Below, piece by piece: positions 38,360-48,532 of a DNA stretch of 64,000 nt (its first letter is position 1; every line of letters begins with the position of its first letter). The position numbers were made by a program, and so were the translations under genes. Origin of the DNA: a virus; the IMG/VR virus record IMGVR_UViG_3300005077_000011, positions 21,002 to 85,001 of that record; one strand, given 5' to 3'. The notes beneath the pieces were generated by a model that saw nothing but the letters and a program-made list of their open reading frames with translations, had not been told where the DNA came from and did no database searches.

Positions 38360-39337
38360 ATGTTACATACATACAAATCAGTTAATCTACAAGAAGTTTA
38401 TAAGACGATGTTATACGATCTTATGACAGAAGGTCTAACAACTTCTCCAAGAGGAATGGAAACTAAAGAATTTATTCCTTGTGTTTTTCAGGTATCAAAT
38501 CCTCTTTCAAGAATTATAGCCCTTAATTCCAGAAAAATGAATCTCTTTTATGGAATGATTGAGACAATGTGGTATCTTAATGGAGATGATTCTCTTGAAC
38601 CACTGACTTACTATAATAAAGCAATGGCTAATTTTTCGGACGATGGTAAAACATTAAGAGGAGCTTATGGAGCTCGATTAATTAAGAAAAATCAAGAGTT
38701 AGACAAATCTCAGTTTGGACTTGTGTATGATAAGCTTCGAAAAGATCCTTCAAGTCGTCAAGCTGTTGCAATCATTTGGGATCCATGGTATGATCACCAA
38801 GAAACTAAAGATGTTCCGTGCACAGTTGGATTTATTTTTTCAATAAGAGAAAATAAACTTAACATGACAGCAATTATGAGGTCAAATGATATAGTGTTAG
38901 GAACTACATACGATGTATTTGCATTTACAATCTTTCATGAATTTTTAGCACGGAAGTTAGGAGTTGAACTTGGAGTGTATACTCATATAGCTAACTCATT
39001 TCATATATATGACCGTCATTATAATCAAGCATGGGAAATGATTAAAGATACAACATCTCCAATTCTTATGCCAGAAATGCCAGAAACTTCATGGACAATG
39101 TTTAAAGATCTATATACATTTGAGCATAAGGTTAGAACAAATCAATATGTGACCTCAGACATGATTAAAGAAGCAGAACAGTTTGGAGAATATTGGTCAC
39201 AATGGGCTCTAATGTTTGTTCTACATAAAACTATTAAAGACAAGAATAAAATAGCTGCTGTTTCTACATACGAACGGTTAATTCCTCAGTATAAACTTAT
39301 GAGTGATCGTTGGTTGGAGAAACTAGATGCAGAATAA
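38360..39337 (+). CDS. Thymidylate-synthase-fold enzyme, probable dCMP hydroxymethyltransferase
   Basis: SSRQAV, DVPCT, MRSNDIVLGTTYD (Asp at the position of E. coli ThyA Asn177), SFHIY. Confidence 0.7.
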   Translation: MLHTYKSVNLQEVYKTMLYDLMTEGLTTSPRGMETKEFIPCVFQVSNPLSRIIALNSRKMNLFYGMIETMWYLNGDDSLEPLTYYNKAMANFSDDGKTLRGAYGARLIKKNQELDKSQFGLVYDKLRKDPSSRQAVAIIWDPWYDHQETKDVPCTVGFIFSIRENKLNMTAIMRSNDIVLGTTYDVFAFTIFHEFLARKLGVELGVYTHIANSFHIYDRHYNQAWEMIKDTTSPILMPEMPETSWTMFKDLYTFEHKVRTNQYVTSDMIKEAEQFGEYWSQWALMFVLHKTIKDKNKIAAVSTYERLIPQYKLMSDRWLEKLDAE

Positions 39338-42300
39338 ATACACTTTTTGTCATTTGCATAGACATTGCGAAGCTTCTATTCAAGACGGAGTAGGCAAGGT
39401 TGAAGATGGTATCAAGTATGCTAAAGAGATGGGACATCCAGCTATAGCAGTTACAGACCATGGAAGTCTTATTTCTTATGTGCGCTTTCAAAATGAATCT
39501 CAGGCTCAAGGAATAAAACATATCTTTGGATTAGAAGCTTATGTCTGTGATGACATGACAAAGAAAGATAAAGAGCATAAAGAATATAATCATTGTACAA
39601 TTCTTGTCAAAAATCAACAAGGTCTTCAGAATATTCTTAAAATAAATAATACTGCACAAAGTGAAGGCTTTTATTATAAGCCTCGTATTAGTTGGGATTA
39701 TCTTCTTAAACATAAAGAAGGATTAATTATTTTATCAGGGTGTGTTGTTGGTAGAACATGCCAATATATTCTTGCTAAGAAATATCAAGAGGCTGATGCA
39801 TGGACAAGGATGATGAGATCAGAATTAGGTGAAGACTATTATATAGAGCTCATGGTATCTGATTTTGAGGCACAAAAAGAATGTAACCAGTATCTTCTTG
39901 AATTATCTAAGAAATTTGATATTCCTGGAGTTGTAACAGCAGATGCACATTATACTAAGAAGCAAGACTATCTTGCTCAAAAAACAATGATGCTTATATC
40001 TGCAAAGGCAACAGTTCAGGAACTAGAAGAACAACAGAGAAAAAGAAAAGAAGCCAAAGAGGCTGGACAATCTCAAGAGGAAAAAGATAAGATTTGGATC
40101 TTTGAATCGGATCAGTATTGGATGAAGAATGAGACTGAGATGATAGAAGCATGGGATAAGTGGCATAAGCAATATTATCCTTTTGCAGAATTTGAAAAAC
40201 ATTTGAATGAGTCAGGAAAGATTTCAAACAAAGTAAACCTAGTAACTCTTGATGATAGTTACAAGATGCCTCAAGCAGATGTTGAAGGCGAAGACCATGA
40301 TAAATATTTTCGAAGAAAGTTATATGAATCTTTGAAAGAAAAGAAATTAGACACAGATCAAAAATATATTGATCAACTGGAAAATGAAATAAATATTATT
40401 ACTCAAAAAGGATTAATAGATTATTTCATAGTTACTTCTGATATTATTCAATGGGCAAAAAGAAATGATGTTTTTGTAGGTCCAGGCAGAGGTTCTGCTG
40501 GCGGTTCTTTAGTATGTTATCTTCTTCATATAACAGATATTGATCCTCTTAAATATGGTCTTCTTTTTGAGCGTTTTCTTGATCTTGGGCGACAAGAAAT
40601 GCCTGACATTGATACTGACTTTGAAATTGATGAGAGAGAAAAAGTAAAACAATATATAGTTGAACGCTATGGTAAAGATTATGTAGCAGCAGTATCTGCT
40701 TTTGGAACATTTAGAGCAAGAAATATTGTAAGAGATATTGCTCGAGTGTATGGAGTAGATCCAAAAGAAGTAAATGAAATATCAAAACTTATAGACGAGG
40801 ACTGTGAATTTATAGACGGAAAACTTTATAAAATGGGAGAAGAGTTTCACAAGTCTGAGGTGAATAATTTTTTTACTCAACATCCACAAATAAAAGATAT
40901 AGCAACAACTCTTTTTGGACAGATTAGACACGTTTCGAAGCATGCAGCAGGAGTAATTGTTACGAATAAACCTCTTGATGAATGTGTTCCAACAATTAAT
41001 GTAGGCGGAGAAATCATGACTGCCTGGTCAGAAGGATTGTACAGAAAAGAATTATCTCAACTTAACTTCTTAAAACTTGATATACTCGGGTTGAAGACAT
41101 TGTCTATTATCAAGATGACGTGTAGATTAGCTAAAATTAATTACTTAGATCTTTTAAAACTTGATAATGAAGATCCAATTGTATATGATTTTATAATAAA
41201 AAATGAATTAATTAGTGGTATATTTCAATTTGATTCAAACACTGGAAGTTGGCTATTCAATTTTATGGGACCAAGAAACTTCAATGATCTTGTAGCTTTA
41301 GGTGCTCTTGATAGGCCAGGACCTCTTGATTCTCATATGGCATTTGAATATGTTGACAAGATGCATGGAGAAAAAATCAATGAATGGCAATCCCCTCTTA
41401 TTAATGAAGTGCTTGGAGAAACTCATGGTGTTATTGTATATCAAGAACAGTTGATGTCTTTGTCTAAGCATCTTAGTAATTTTTCTCCCTTAGATGCTTC
41501 ACGCTTGAGAAAGAATTTAGTAAAAATGCAGCATTCTGAGCAAGCTCAAGCTAAAGTAAAAATAGAAAGAGAGAAATTAAAGAAAATGTTTTTTGAAAAT
41601 GCATTAAAAAAGAATGTGAGTAATGAAGAGATAGAAAGATTATGGGAGGCAATGCTTAAATTTGCTCGATATGGTTTTAATAAAGCTCATGCAGCGGGTT
41701 ATGCATTTGTTACTTATTGGACAATGTGGTTGAAAGTATATTATCCTTTACAATTTTATACAGCTATGTTAACATATGCAGCAGAAGATGATATACCTGA
41801 TATTTTAAATGAAATGAAAAAGATGGGTATAGATTTGCAGCCTCCTTCAATAAATAAATCAGAAATAGATTTTTCTTTTGATGAAGATTTGCACAGAATA
41901 TTGTTTGGTTTAAGCAAGGTAAAATTTCTTGGAACAAAAGCTCAAGAGGAAATAATAAAAAATCGACCATTTGCTAGTTATGAAGATATGTGTATGAAAA
42001 TTCCAAAGAATATTCTTAACAAGCGAGCTAAAGAAGCATTAATTAGAACAAATGCTTTTAGAGATTTAGGAGAGGCTCAAGGAAAGTTATTAAAAGACTT
42101 AGAACGAGATGGGTTATCAAAAAAGCAAAAAGAATTATTTGAATCAGAAGAACATTCTGAATTTTATTCAGAAATGCAGCAGGCAAATGATGAGCTAAAA
42201 TATCTTGGCACAAGCTTAAAGATCGAGTTTGATGATAAGAAATCTAGACGGCGAGGAAGTCATGTTGAAGGAATGTATAGAGAGTATCAAGCAAATAAAG

Positions 42301-42659
42301 CAATGCGAACAAACTCAAAAATCTTTGATGTATTTGCAAAAAATCGTGGAGATTATACTTATCCTGATTCAGGAATTAGTATTGAACGCTTCTGTGGATT
42401 TATACAAACAGTTTCTGATAGACAAAGTAAATCAGGAAACACTATGAAATACGTTGTATTTGAATCTTATGGAGATTTTGACACCGATAAGCAAAAATTT
42501 AAAGTAGAAACTATGCGATTTTATATTATGAATTGGGACAAGATGTATAAACAATTTGATAACTTAAAAAAAGGAGATGCTGCAGGAATAGCTATATATA
42601 AACGTAAAAACAAAAATGAATTTATGAAAGTTGAAAGGGTATTTAAATTTACTGTATGA
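39327..42659 (+). CDS. dnaE: DNA polymerase III alpha subunit
   Basis: PHP domain (HLH, VTDHG, TADAHY), VGPGRGSAGGS, MPDIDTDF, KHAAG, KLDILGL, YGFNKAHA. Confidence 0.95.
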   Translation: MQNKYTFCHLHRHCEASIQDGVGKVEDGIKYAKEMGHPAIAVTDHGSLISYVRFQNESQAQGIKHIFGLEAYVCDDMTKKDKEHKEYNHCTILVKNQQGLQNILKINNTAQSEGFYYKPRISWDYLLKHKEGLIILSGCVVGRTCQYILAKKYQEADAWTRMMRSELGEDYYIELMVSDFEAQKECNQYLLELSKKFDIPGVVTADAHYTKKQDYLAQKTMMLISAKATVQELEEQQRKRKEAKEAGQSQEEKDKIWIFESDQYWMKNETEMIEAWDKWHKQYYPFAEFEKHLNESGKISNKVNLVTLDDSYKMPQADVEGEDHDKYFRRKLYESLKEKKLDTDQKYIDQLENEINIITQKGLIDYFIVTSDIIQWAKRNDVFVGPGRGSAGGSLVCYLLHITDIDPLKYGLLFERFLDLGRQEMPDIDTDFEIDEREKVKQYIVERYGKDYVAAVSAFGTFRARNIVRDIARVYGVDPKEVNEISKLIDEDCEFIDGKLYKMGEEFHKSEVNNFFTQHPQIKDIATTLFGQIRHVSKHAAGVIVTNKPLDECVPTINVGGEIMTAWSEGLYRKELSQLNFLKLDILGLKTLSIIKMTCRLAKINYLDLLKLDNEDPIVYDFIIKNELISGIFQFDSNTGSWLFNFMGPRNFNDLVALGALDRPGPLDSHMAFEYVDKMHGEKINEWQSPLINEVLGETHGVIVYQEQLMSLSKHLSNFSPLDASRLRKNLVKMQHSEQAQAKVKIEREKLKKMFFENALKKNVSNEEIERLWEAMLKFARYGFNKAHAAGYAFVTYWTMWLKVYYPLQFYTAMLTYAAEDDIPDILNEMKKMGIDLQPPSINKSEIDFSFDEDLHRILFGLSKVKFLGTKAQEEIIKNRPFASYEDMCMKIPKNILNKRAKEALIRTNAFRDLGEAQGKLLKDLERDGLSKKQKELFESEEHSEFYSEMQQANDELKYLGTSLKIEFDDKKSRRRGSHVEGMYREYQANKAMRTNSKIFDVFAKNRGDYTYPDSGISIERFCGFIQTVSDRQSKSGNTMKYVVFESYGDFDTDKQKFKVETMRFYIMNWDKMYKQFDNLKKGDAAGIAIYKRKNKNEFMKVERVFKFTV

Positions 42660-43420
42660 AACTAGAAGATTTTAAACTTAACGTTGCAAAAACTATTGAT
42701 GATTATATTCTTGATCAAAGAAGATCTCAGCCTTTGACTCAAACAAATTTTAGAGCATCAGGCATTACTGATTGTCCTCGAGCAATTCTTTTTTCTATGA
42801 TGAATCTTCCTCAAGATAAATATCCTAGAGCAAAAAGCGACACAGCTAAAGGATATAAATTAATGAGACAAGGCACAGCTATCCACGAGATTGTTCAAGA
42901 ATATCTACAAGGACTTGGAATTCTCAAGAAAGAGGACACAGAAAAAGTAATTAAAGATGAAGAATATCTTTTTTCTGGTCACTGTGATGGTATTCTCACA
43001 TTTGGAGATAAGAGAGTGCTCTTAGAGATTAAAACAATTAATGATAATGCATTTCAAACATTGTCACAACCAAAAGAAGCTCATTTCTATCAAGGTCAAG
43101 TATATATGCATTTCATTAATAAAATATTTAATGATCATATAGCAGAGATTCTTTTCTTATATGTAAATAGAAATTCAGATAATCTTGATATGAAAACATT
43201 CTGGATTCAAAAAGATGATAATGTAATAAATATGATTCTTAATAAGCTTAAAGTATTAAAAGGCTATTTTCTTAAAAGAGAACTTTATCCTATTCCAGAT
43301 GGATTTACTCCAGAGGTTGATAGATTTATTCCTTGTGCTTGGTGTCCCTTTAGAACTTCACAGCTTTGTTTATCTAAGAAAATAAAGATGTCTGATTTTC
43401 CGGATGCTAACATAATATAA
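42656..43420 (+). CDS. Cas4/RecB-like PD-(D/E)xK exonuclease
   Basis: RASGITDCPR, GHCDG, LEIKT, QGQVY, CAWCPF..C (Fe-S cysteines). Confidence 0.8.
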   Translation: MKLEDFKLNVAKTIDDYILDQRRSQPLTQTNFRASGITDCPRAILFSMMNLPQDKYPRAKSDTAKGYKLMRQGTAIHEIVQEYLQGLGILKKEDTEKVIKDEEYLFSGHCDGILTFGDKRVLLEIKTINDNAFQTLSQPKEAHFYQGQVYMHFINKIFNDHIAEILFLYVNRNSDNLDMKTFWIQKDDNVINMILNKLKVLKGYFLKRELYPIPDGFTPEVDRFIPCAWCPFRTSQLCLSKKIKMSDFPDANII

Positions 43421-43428
43421 ATTGAATA

Positions 43429-43457
43429 TTTACAAATACAAGTTTTTAATATATAAT
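43429..43457 (+). promoter_or_regulatory. Promoter TTTACA-N17-TATAAT
   Basis: Family match upstream of recA. Confidence 0.8.
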
Positions 43458-43468
43458 ATACAAGTGCT

Positions 43469-44443
43469 ATGAATAACTTAGAAAAATTAATTGCTGAAAC
43501 AAATAAATCTTTTGGTAGAAGTATTATAGGCTATGCAAAAGATATGGACGTAGAAGTAAAAAGAATTTCTTCAGGATCATTGTATTTAGATTGGGCGCTT
43601 GGAGGAGGATTTCCTTTAGGCAGAATAGTAGAAATATTTGGCCCTTATTCTTCTGGTAAAACGCTTATTAGTCTTAAAACAATTATAGAAGCTCAAAAAG
43701 CTGGTCTTCCTTGTGTGTATGTAGATGCTGAACAGTCGTTTGAACCAAAATCAGCAGCATTTTTAGGTGTAGACATTGATAAACTTATTCTTGTTCAAAC
43801 TTCTTTAGGAGAGGATATATTTGATTTTATTAGAGATTTATTTGAAACACAAGAGACTGGTGTTCTTGTTATAGACTCAGTCGCCGCTTTAGTTCCAAAC
43901 TATGAAGAAGCAAATGACATGGAAAAACAATCTATGGGCCTTGCTGCAAGACTTATGTCAAAAGGTCTTCGTATTATTAATAGTTCAAACAAAGGTTGGT
44001 TAGTAATATTTGTTAATCAAATTAGAGAAAAAATTGGTGTCATGTATGGTAATCCAGAAACTACAACAGGAGGAAGAGCGCTTGGTTTTTATGCTTCTGT
44101 AAGAGTAAAAGTAAATATCGGAGAAAAATATAAAGAAGATGAGAAACAAATTGGACAAGAAGTAAAATTTAGAATTGAAAAATCTAAAGTCTGCATGCCA
44201 TATCGTATTGGATCATTCAAATTTATGTATGAATCTGGTATTGATAGAATAGATGAGATGCTTACTCTTGGACTAGAGCTTAAAATGGCAGAACAAGCAG
44301 GAGCCTGGTATACTTTACTTGGAGATCGATTTCAAGGCAAAGATGCTATAGTGACTAAACTCAAAGAAGATAGAACTTACTTTGATAAATTTGAAAAGGC
44401 ATTAAAGGTAAAAATAAATGAGAGTAATAAGTCGATTAGATAA
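43469..44443 (+). CDS. recA: RecA recombinase
   Basis: GRIVEIFGPYSSGKT, VIDSVAALVP, ARLMSKGLR, NQIREKIGVMYGNPETTTGGRALGF. Confidence 0.95.
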   Translation: MNNLEKLIAETNKSFGRSIIGYAKDMDVEVKRISSGSLYLDWALGGGFPLGRIVEIFGPYSSGKTLISLKTIIEAQKAGLPCVYVDAEQSFEPKSAAFLGVDIDKLILVQTSLGEDIFDFIRDLFETQETGVLVIDSVAALVPNYEEANDMEKQSMGLAARLMSKGLRIINSSNKGWLVIFVNQIREKIGVMYGNPETTTGGRALGFYASVRVKVNIGEKYKEDEKQIGQEVKFRIEKSKVCMPYRIGSFKFMYESGIDRIDEMLTLGLELKMAEQAGAWYTLLGDRFQGKDAIVTKLKEDRTYFDKFEKALKVKINESNKSIR

Positions 44444-44759
44444 AGCAAAACAAAAGGAAAAAAAAGATGCAAAGGACTTTGGAGCAAAATTACAACCAAG
44501 ATCTGGAGGATTTTATAATATGCCAGGTGATGCAAGAGATCAACACTTCTTGTTCGATTCTAAAGACACAAAGCATAAGAGTTATTCTATTACACAAGAG
44601 ATCTGGGAGAAAATTAGTCATGAAGCTTTGCACAATCGACGAATGCCAGTCTTGTCTATTCGTTTGGGTAACGGTGAAGAAATTGTTGTCCTCTCAAAGA
44701 TGGACTTTATATACATAAAAGATTATTTTGAAAGATATTTTGATTTAACAAATTCTTAG
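44418..44759 (+). CDS. Putative Holliday-junction resolvase (Hjc-like PD-(D/E)xK)
   Basis: PRSGG..PGDA..FDSKDT; after recA. Confidence 0.55.
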   Translation: MRVISRLDKAKQKEKKDAKDFGAKLQPRSGGFYNMPGDARDQHFLFDSKDTKHKSYSITQEIWEKISHEALHNRRMPVLSIRLGNGEEIVVLSKMDFIYIKDYFERYFDLTNS

Positions 44760-44762
44760 GAG

Positions 44763-45005
44763 GTGATATATACGAAAGTGTTAGCAGACGGAAATGAACC
44801 AACAGTTACTGTTGTTCCTACTTTTAGTGTTCCTACAATAAAGACAATCGAGACTACGATAGCTACGACAAGCTCAGAAGCTACAGTTTCAGCAAAGTCT
44901 TCTTTTCAAGTTGCATTGTTATCTTGGATAATTGTAGTAATAATGCTAGTAGTCTCAATATTAATTATTTTCAGATCAGATAAAAATAAAAAAGGGGGTG
45001 AATAA
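44763..45005 (+). CDS. Small membrane protein
   Basis: Thr/Ser-rich linker and C-terminal TM segment; start uncertain. Confidence 0.5.
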   Translation: MIYTKVLADGNEPTVTVVPTFSVPTIKTIETTIATTSSEATVSAKSSFQVALLSWIIVVIMLVVSILIIFRSDKNKKGGE

Positions 45006-45006
45006 T

Positions 45007-45222
45007 ATGGACGATAAAAAATACGAGCGAACAGGCAAAAAAACAACAATGGAAATGTATGATGTAAAGTTAAAAAAGAAACTTCAAGTTGAAGTCGAAT
45101 TAGTAATTTTAAAGAATGGTAGATTTGCTGTAACAGGCACAAATCCAGAAACAGGGATGACGATGTTTAAACTTGTTAATAAAGCAAAAGCTCAAGAAAT
45201 TTCTGGAGAAATTGTAATTTAA
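45007..45222 (+). CDS. DUF5679-like small protein lacking cysteines
   Basis: LKNGRFAVTGTNPETGMTMFKLV; SD GGGGGTGA. Confidence 0.5.
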   Translation: MDDKKYERTGKKTTMEMYDVKLKKKLQVEVELVILKNGRFAVTGTNPETGMTMFKLVNKAKAQEISGEIVI

Positions 45223-45223
45223 T

Positions 45224-45691
45224 ATGAACAATTTGCACACTAATACTCAGAATTCATTAAATGAACTTCAATTAATAGGAGCTGTCTTGCCAAGTGTGCA
45301 AGAGGGCATAAGCGTCCCATCAGATTTTTCTTCTATTCCGAATTTAGGAGAAGGAAATATAGGAGAGGTGATGGGACGTATTGCCTCATATATACAATAC
45401 TTAGAATATCAAACAAGCGTAGCAGAAGTTGACTATGAGATGTGGAATTCAGCTTTTGAGTTCGAGAAGAAGCGATTAATGCTCACTTTAGAAAATGAGC
45501 GAAGAGACTTAATGGAAGCGAAAGCTGAAGCACTTTTAGCAGATCAAAAGAACAATGTAATGCAGCGATACTCAAAAATGAAATTATTAAAAGCAATTTT
45601 GGAAGGTCAGAAAAGAATCTCAGATGCTCTGTCAAGAGAATTATCTAGAAGATCTTTGGTCTTACAAATGCAACGAGGAGGGATACAATGA
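45224..45691 (+). CDS. Helical protein, possibly a UvsY-like recombination mediator
   Basis: Heptad-rich, ends ALSRELSRR; near recA. Confidence 0.35.
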   Translation: MNNLHTNTQNSLNELQLIGAVLPSVQEGISVPSDFSSIPNLGEGNIGEVMGRIASYIQYLEYQTSVAEVDYEMWNSAFEFEKKRLMLTLENERRDLMEAKAEALLADQKNNVMQRYSKMKLLKAILEGQKRISDALSRELSRRSLVLQMQRGGIQ

Positions 45692-46926
45692 AATATTCTT
45701 TATTACCATTCTTTGATGGTCACGATGACGAAGTAAACACAATACTTCAAGCAGAAGATAAAAGACAGAATGAAACTATTGAACTTATTGCTAGTGAAAA
45801 CTTTGCTTCTCCCTGGGTAAGAGCAGCACAAGGCAGTATATTCACTAACAAATATGCTGAAGGTTACCCAGGAAAGAGGTACTATGGTGGATGCAACAAC
45901 ATGGATACAGCTGAGTCTCTTGCGATATCTCGTGCTTGTAAACTTTTTAACTGTTCTTATGCTAATGTTCAACCGCACTCCGGTTGTCAAGCGAATATGG
46001 CAGTTTATTTTTCGCTTCTTAAACCAGGGGATAAGATCTTATCACTTAAGCTTGATCATGGTGGACACCTTTCACACGGTTCTCCTGTTAGCTTTAGCGG
46101 TCAATTGTATAATGTTGTTCATTACCCTTTAGATCCAGAAACGGAGATGATTGATTATGATGTTATCGAAGAAATTGCTCAGAAAGAAAGACCGAATCTT
46201 ATTTTATGCGGTGCCTCTGCTTATAGTCGTATTATTGATTTTGAGCATATTGGAAGTATTGCCCGTTCTGTGGGTGCTATTTCTATGGCTGATATTGCTC
46301 ACATCGCTGGGCTTGTTTCAGTAGGTCTTCATCCTAGTCCTTTTCCAGCCATTGACGTGGTCACCTCAACCACTCACAAGACACTTCGTGGTCCAAGAGG
46401 AGGTATTATACTTACTAACAATGAAGAGTATATAAAGAAGATCAACAAAACAATATTTCCAGGAATTCAAGGCGGTCCATTGATGCATGTAATTCTTGCT
46501 AAAGCTGTAGCTTTTGGAGAAGCTTTAAAACCAGAGTTTAAAGAGTATCAAAATAATGTAATCAAAAATGCTAAAGCTTTTTGTGAAGCTATGAAAATGT
46601 ATGGATGGAGAATTGTTGCGGAAGGAACAGATAATCATTTATTCTTAATTGATCTTAGAAGTAGAAATGTAGATGGAGTATGGGCACAAGATCATTTAGA
46701 TTCAGTTAATATAACTGCAAATCGGAATGCTATTCCTTATGACCCACAACCCCCTTACAAACCAAGCGGTCTTCGGCTTGGCACACCTGCAATGACAACT
46801 AAAGGGTTCAATGAAAAGGCTTTTGAGCTTACAGCAGATTTAATTACTCGAGCATTAACAGAAAAAGATAATGACGAAGAAATCATATTAGAAGTACAGG
46901 CATTATTAGATCAATATACAAAATAA
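45688..46926 (+). CDS. glyA: Serine hydroxymethyltransferase
   Basis: ELIASEN, NKYAEGYPGKRYYGG, NVQPHSG, GGHLSHG, TTHKTLRGPRGG (PLP Lys), SGLRLGTPA. Confidence 0.97.
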   Translation: MKYSLLPFFDGHDDEVNTILQAEDKRQNETIELIASENFASPWVRAAQGSIFTNKYAEGYPGKRYYGGCNNMDTAESLAISRACKLFNCSYANVQPHSGCQANMAVYFSLLKPGDKILSLKLDHGGHLSHGSPVSFSGQLYNVVHYPLDPETEMIDYDVIEEIAQKERPNLILCGASAYSRIIDFEHIGSIARSVGAISMADIAHIAGLVSVGLHPSPFPAIDVVTSTTHKTLRGPRGGIILTNNEEYIKKINKTIFPGIQGGPLMHVILAKAVAFGEALKPEFKEYQNNVIKNAKAFCEAMKMYGWRIVAEGTDNHLFLIDLRSRNVDGVWAQDHLDSVNITANRNAIPYDPQPPYKPSGLRLGTPAMTTKGFNEKAFELTADLITRALTEKDNDEEIILEVQALLDQYTK

Positions 46927-46927
46927 T

Positions 46928-48532
46928 ATGAAAAAGATACAGGCTGTTGATGTTACTACTGGAAAAGTTGAAACAATAAATGAAAAACGCCGGTCAGCAA
47001 CGCGCTCAAAAACAGAAGAGAAGCAAAAGAAATTAATATCTTGGCTATTATTTAGTTCTGATGAGTTTAAATTTATTGACACTAACTTTAAATATAGTAA
47101 AGAACTTCTTGACCTTTGTCTGGATTTTACTTTTGGTACAAAGAGTGATTTAGATTATTTTGCTAAAGCCATAGTAAAAACTAGAAAAGAAGGTTGGAAT
47201 AAACAAATAGCTATTCTTGCTTTAGTGCTTCTTTCAACAGGTGATAATGATTATGCTAAACAAAAATTTAGAGAAATATTTAACAAAGTTATTCTTTCAT
47301 TGGACGATTTAGATTGTTTTCTTAGTATTATAAAGACAAAAATGTTTCGAGGATTTGGAAAAATTATACAGAAGCAAGTAAACATTTTCTTTGATTCTCT
47401 TACAGTCTTTGACATTGTAGAATATATCGATCAATGTGAAATAAACGCTTCGGATTATAAGTTTAAATTACGAGATATTATTAAATATTGTCACGTTAAA
47501 CCTAAGAATCAAGTAACAACAGCAATATATGCTTATCTTGTCCGTAAAGCTATTACTAAAAAATTGCCTACATTAATTGTTGCTCACAAAGATTTATCAA
47601 CTCTTACACAAGATCAGATAGTTCCTGTGCTTAAGAATAATAATTTTCCATTTTCGATAGTAAAAAGACACTCATTAACGATTAATGCTCTTAATGAGAC
47701 TGCTTTTGAGAGAGCAAGTTTTACAGATTTAATATCAAACTTTGAAATAGTAAATGAGATGATAAAAGATGTTGATTTGAAGAGAGAAATTAAGCGAGCT
47801 TTATCAGATGAAAAAGTAATAAAGACAAGCAACTTAACTCCATTTCACTTTCTTAAAGCGTATATTAAATATCATCATACAGATTTAATAATTGAAGCCG
47901 AAATAAAAAGATGTATAGAAAAAGCTCTTGAGTTATCTTATATAAACGTTGCTCATACAAATAAAAACATTGCGATTATTATTGATCAATCAGCTCGTTC
48001 AAAAGGATCAAACTCTTTTTATCCGAATGTTAATGACTCTTTTGTTATAAATAGTTTTGCTTCTATATTTTCTAAAATATCTTCAAATTCTTGGTTAATT
48101 CCTTTTTGTGTAAACAGTTCTCTCATTCAAATTCCTGAGATGAAAACTCTGGAAATAGCTGAACAAATAAACATGAGCACAAAAGGTGTTGATCCTATAT
48201 ATACTTTGCCTTTTAAGAAATTGAGAGAATTACAAGAAGTTGGTCAAGTTGTTGATACAATTTTATGTATTTCTAGTGATGTGTCTTGGTTCAATCTTTT
48301 ACGACAAACTCTTATTGCACAAGAATTATCAGCTTATCTTAATAAAATAGGTCCTGACTATCAAACAAAAATGATATTCTGGAGACTATCAGGAACTGAA
48401 GCAAATCGAACACATAATCTAAGAAATGCAATGTTTGTCAGTGGGTTTAATTATCATATACTTAAGTTTATAACAGATTATATTACTGGTCAATTAGATA
48501 ATCTTGTAGAAAAAACAAATCAATTAATTTAA
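46928..48532 (+). CDS. Divergent TROVE-domain (Ro60/Rsr-like) protein with a vWA-like C-terminus
   Basis: ALVLL..FREIFNKVI..DL..F..RGFGK, LRDIIKYCHVKP, TPFHFLKAY, IAIIIDQS. Confidence 0.65.
   Translation: MKKIQAVDVTTGKVETINEKRRSATRSKTEEKQKKLISWLLFSSDEFKFIDTNFKYSKELLDLCLDFTFGTKSDLDYFAKAIVKTRKEGWNKQIAILALVLLSTGDNDYAKQKFREIFNKVILSLDDLDCFLSIIKTKMFRGFGKIIQKQVNIFFDSLTVFDIVEYIDQCEINASDYKFKLRDIIKYCHVKPKNQVTTAIYAYLVRKAITKKLPTLIVAHKDLSTLTQDQIVPVLKNNNFPFSIVKRHSLTINALNETAFERASFTDLISNFEIVNEMIKDVDLKREIKRALSDEKVIKTSNLTPFHFLKAYIKYHHTDLIIEAEIKRCIEKALELSYINVAHTNKNIAIIIDQSARSKGSNSFYPNVNDSFVINSFASIFSKISSNSWLIPFCVNSSLIQIPEMKTLEIAEQINMSTKGVDPIYTLPFKKLRELQEVGQVVDTILCISSDVSWFNLLRQTLIAQELSAYLNKIGPDYQTKMIFWRLSGTEANRTHNLRNAMFVSGFNYHILKFITDYITGQLDNLVEKTNQLI

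Noticed and set aside
38360-39337. Calling this gene canonical thyA
   Set aside because: Asp replaces the dUMP-specifying Asn, and the context is a kinase/GT/dCTPase cluster
42656-43420. CRISPR-Cas association of the Cas4-like gene
   Set aside because: No repeat-spacer array or other cas genes; the context is recombination (recA)
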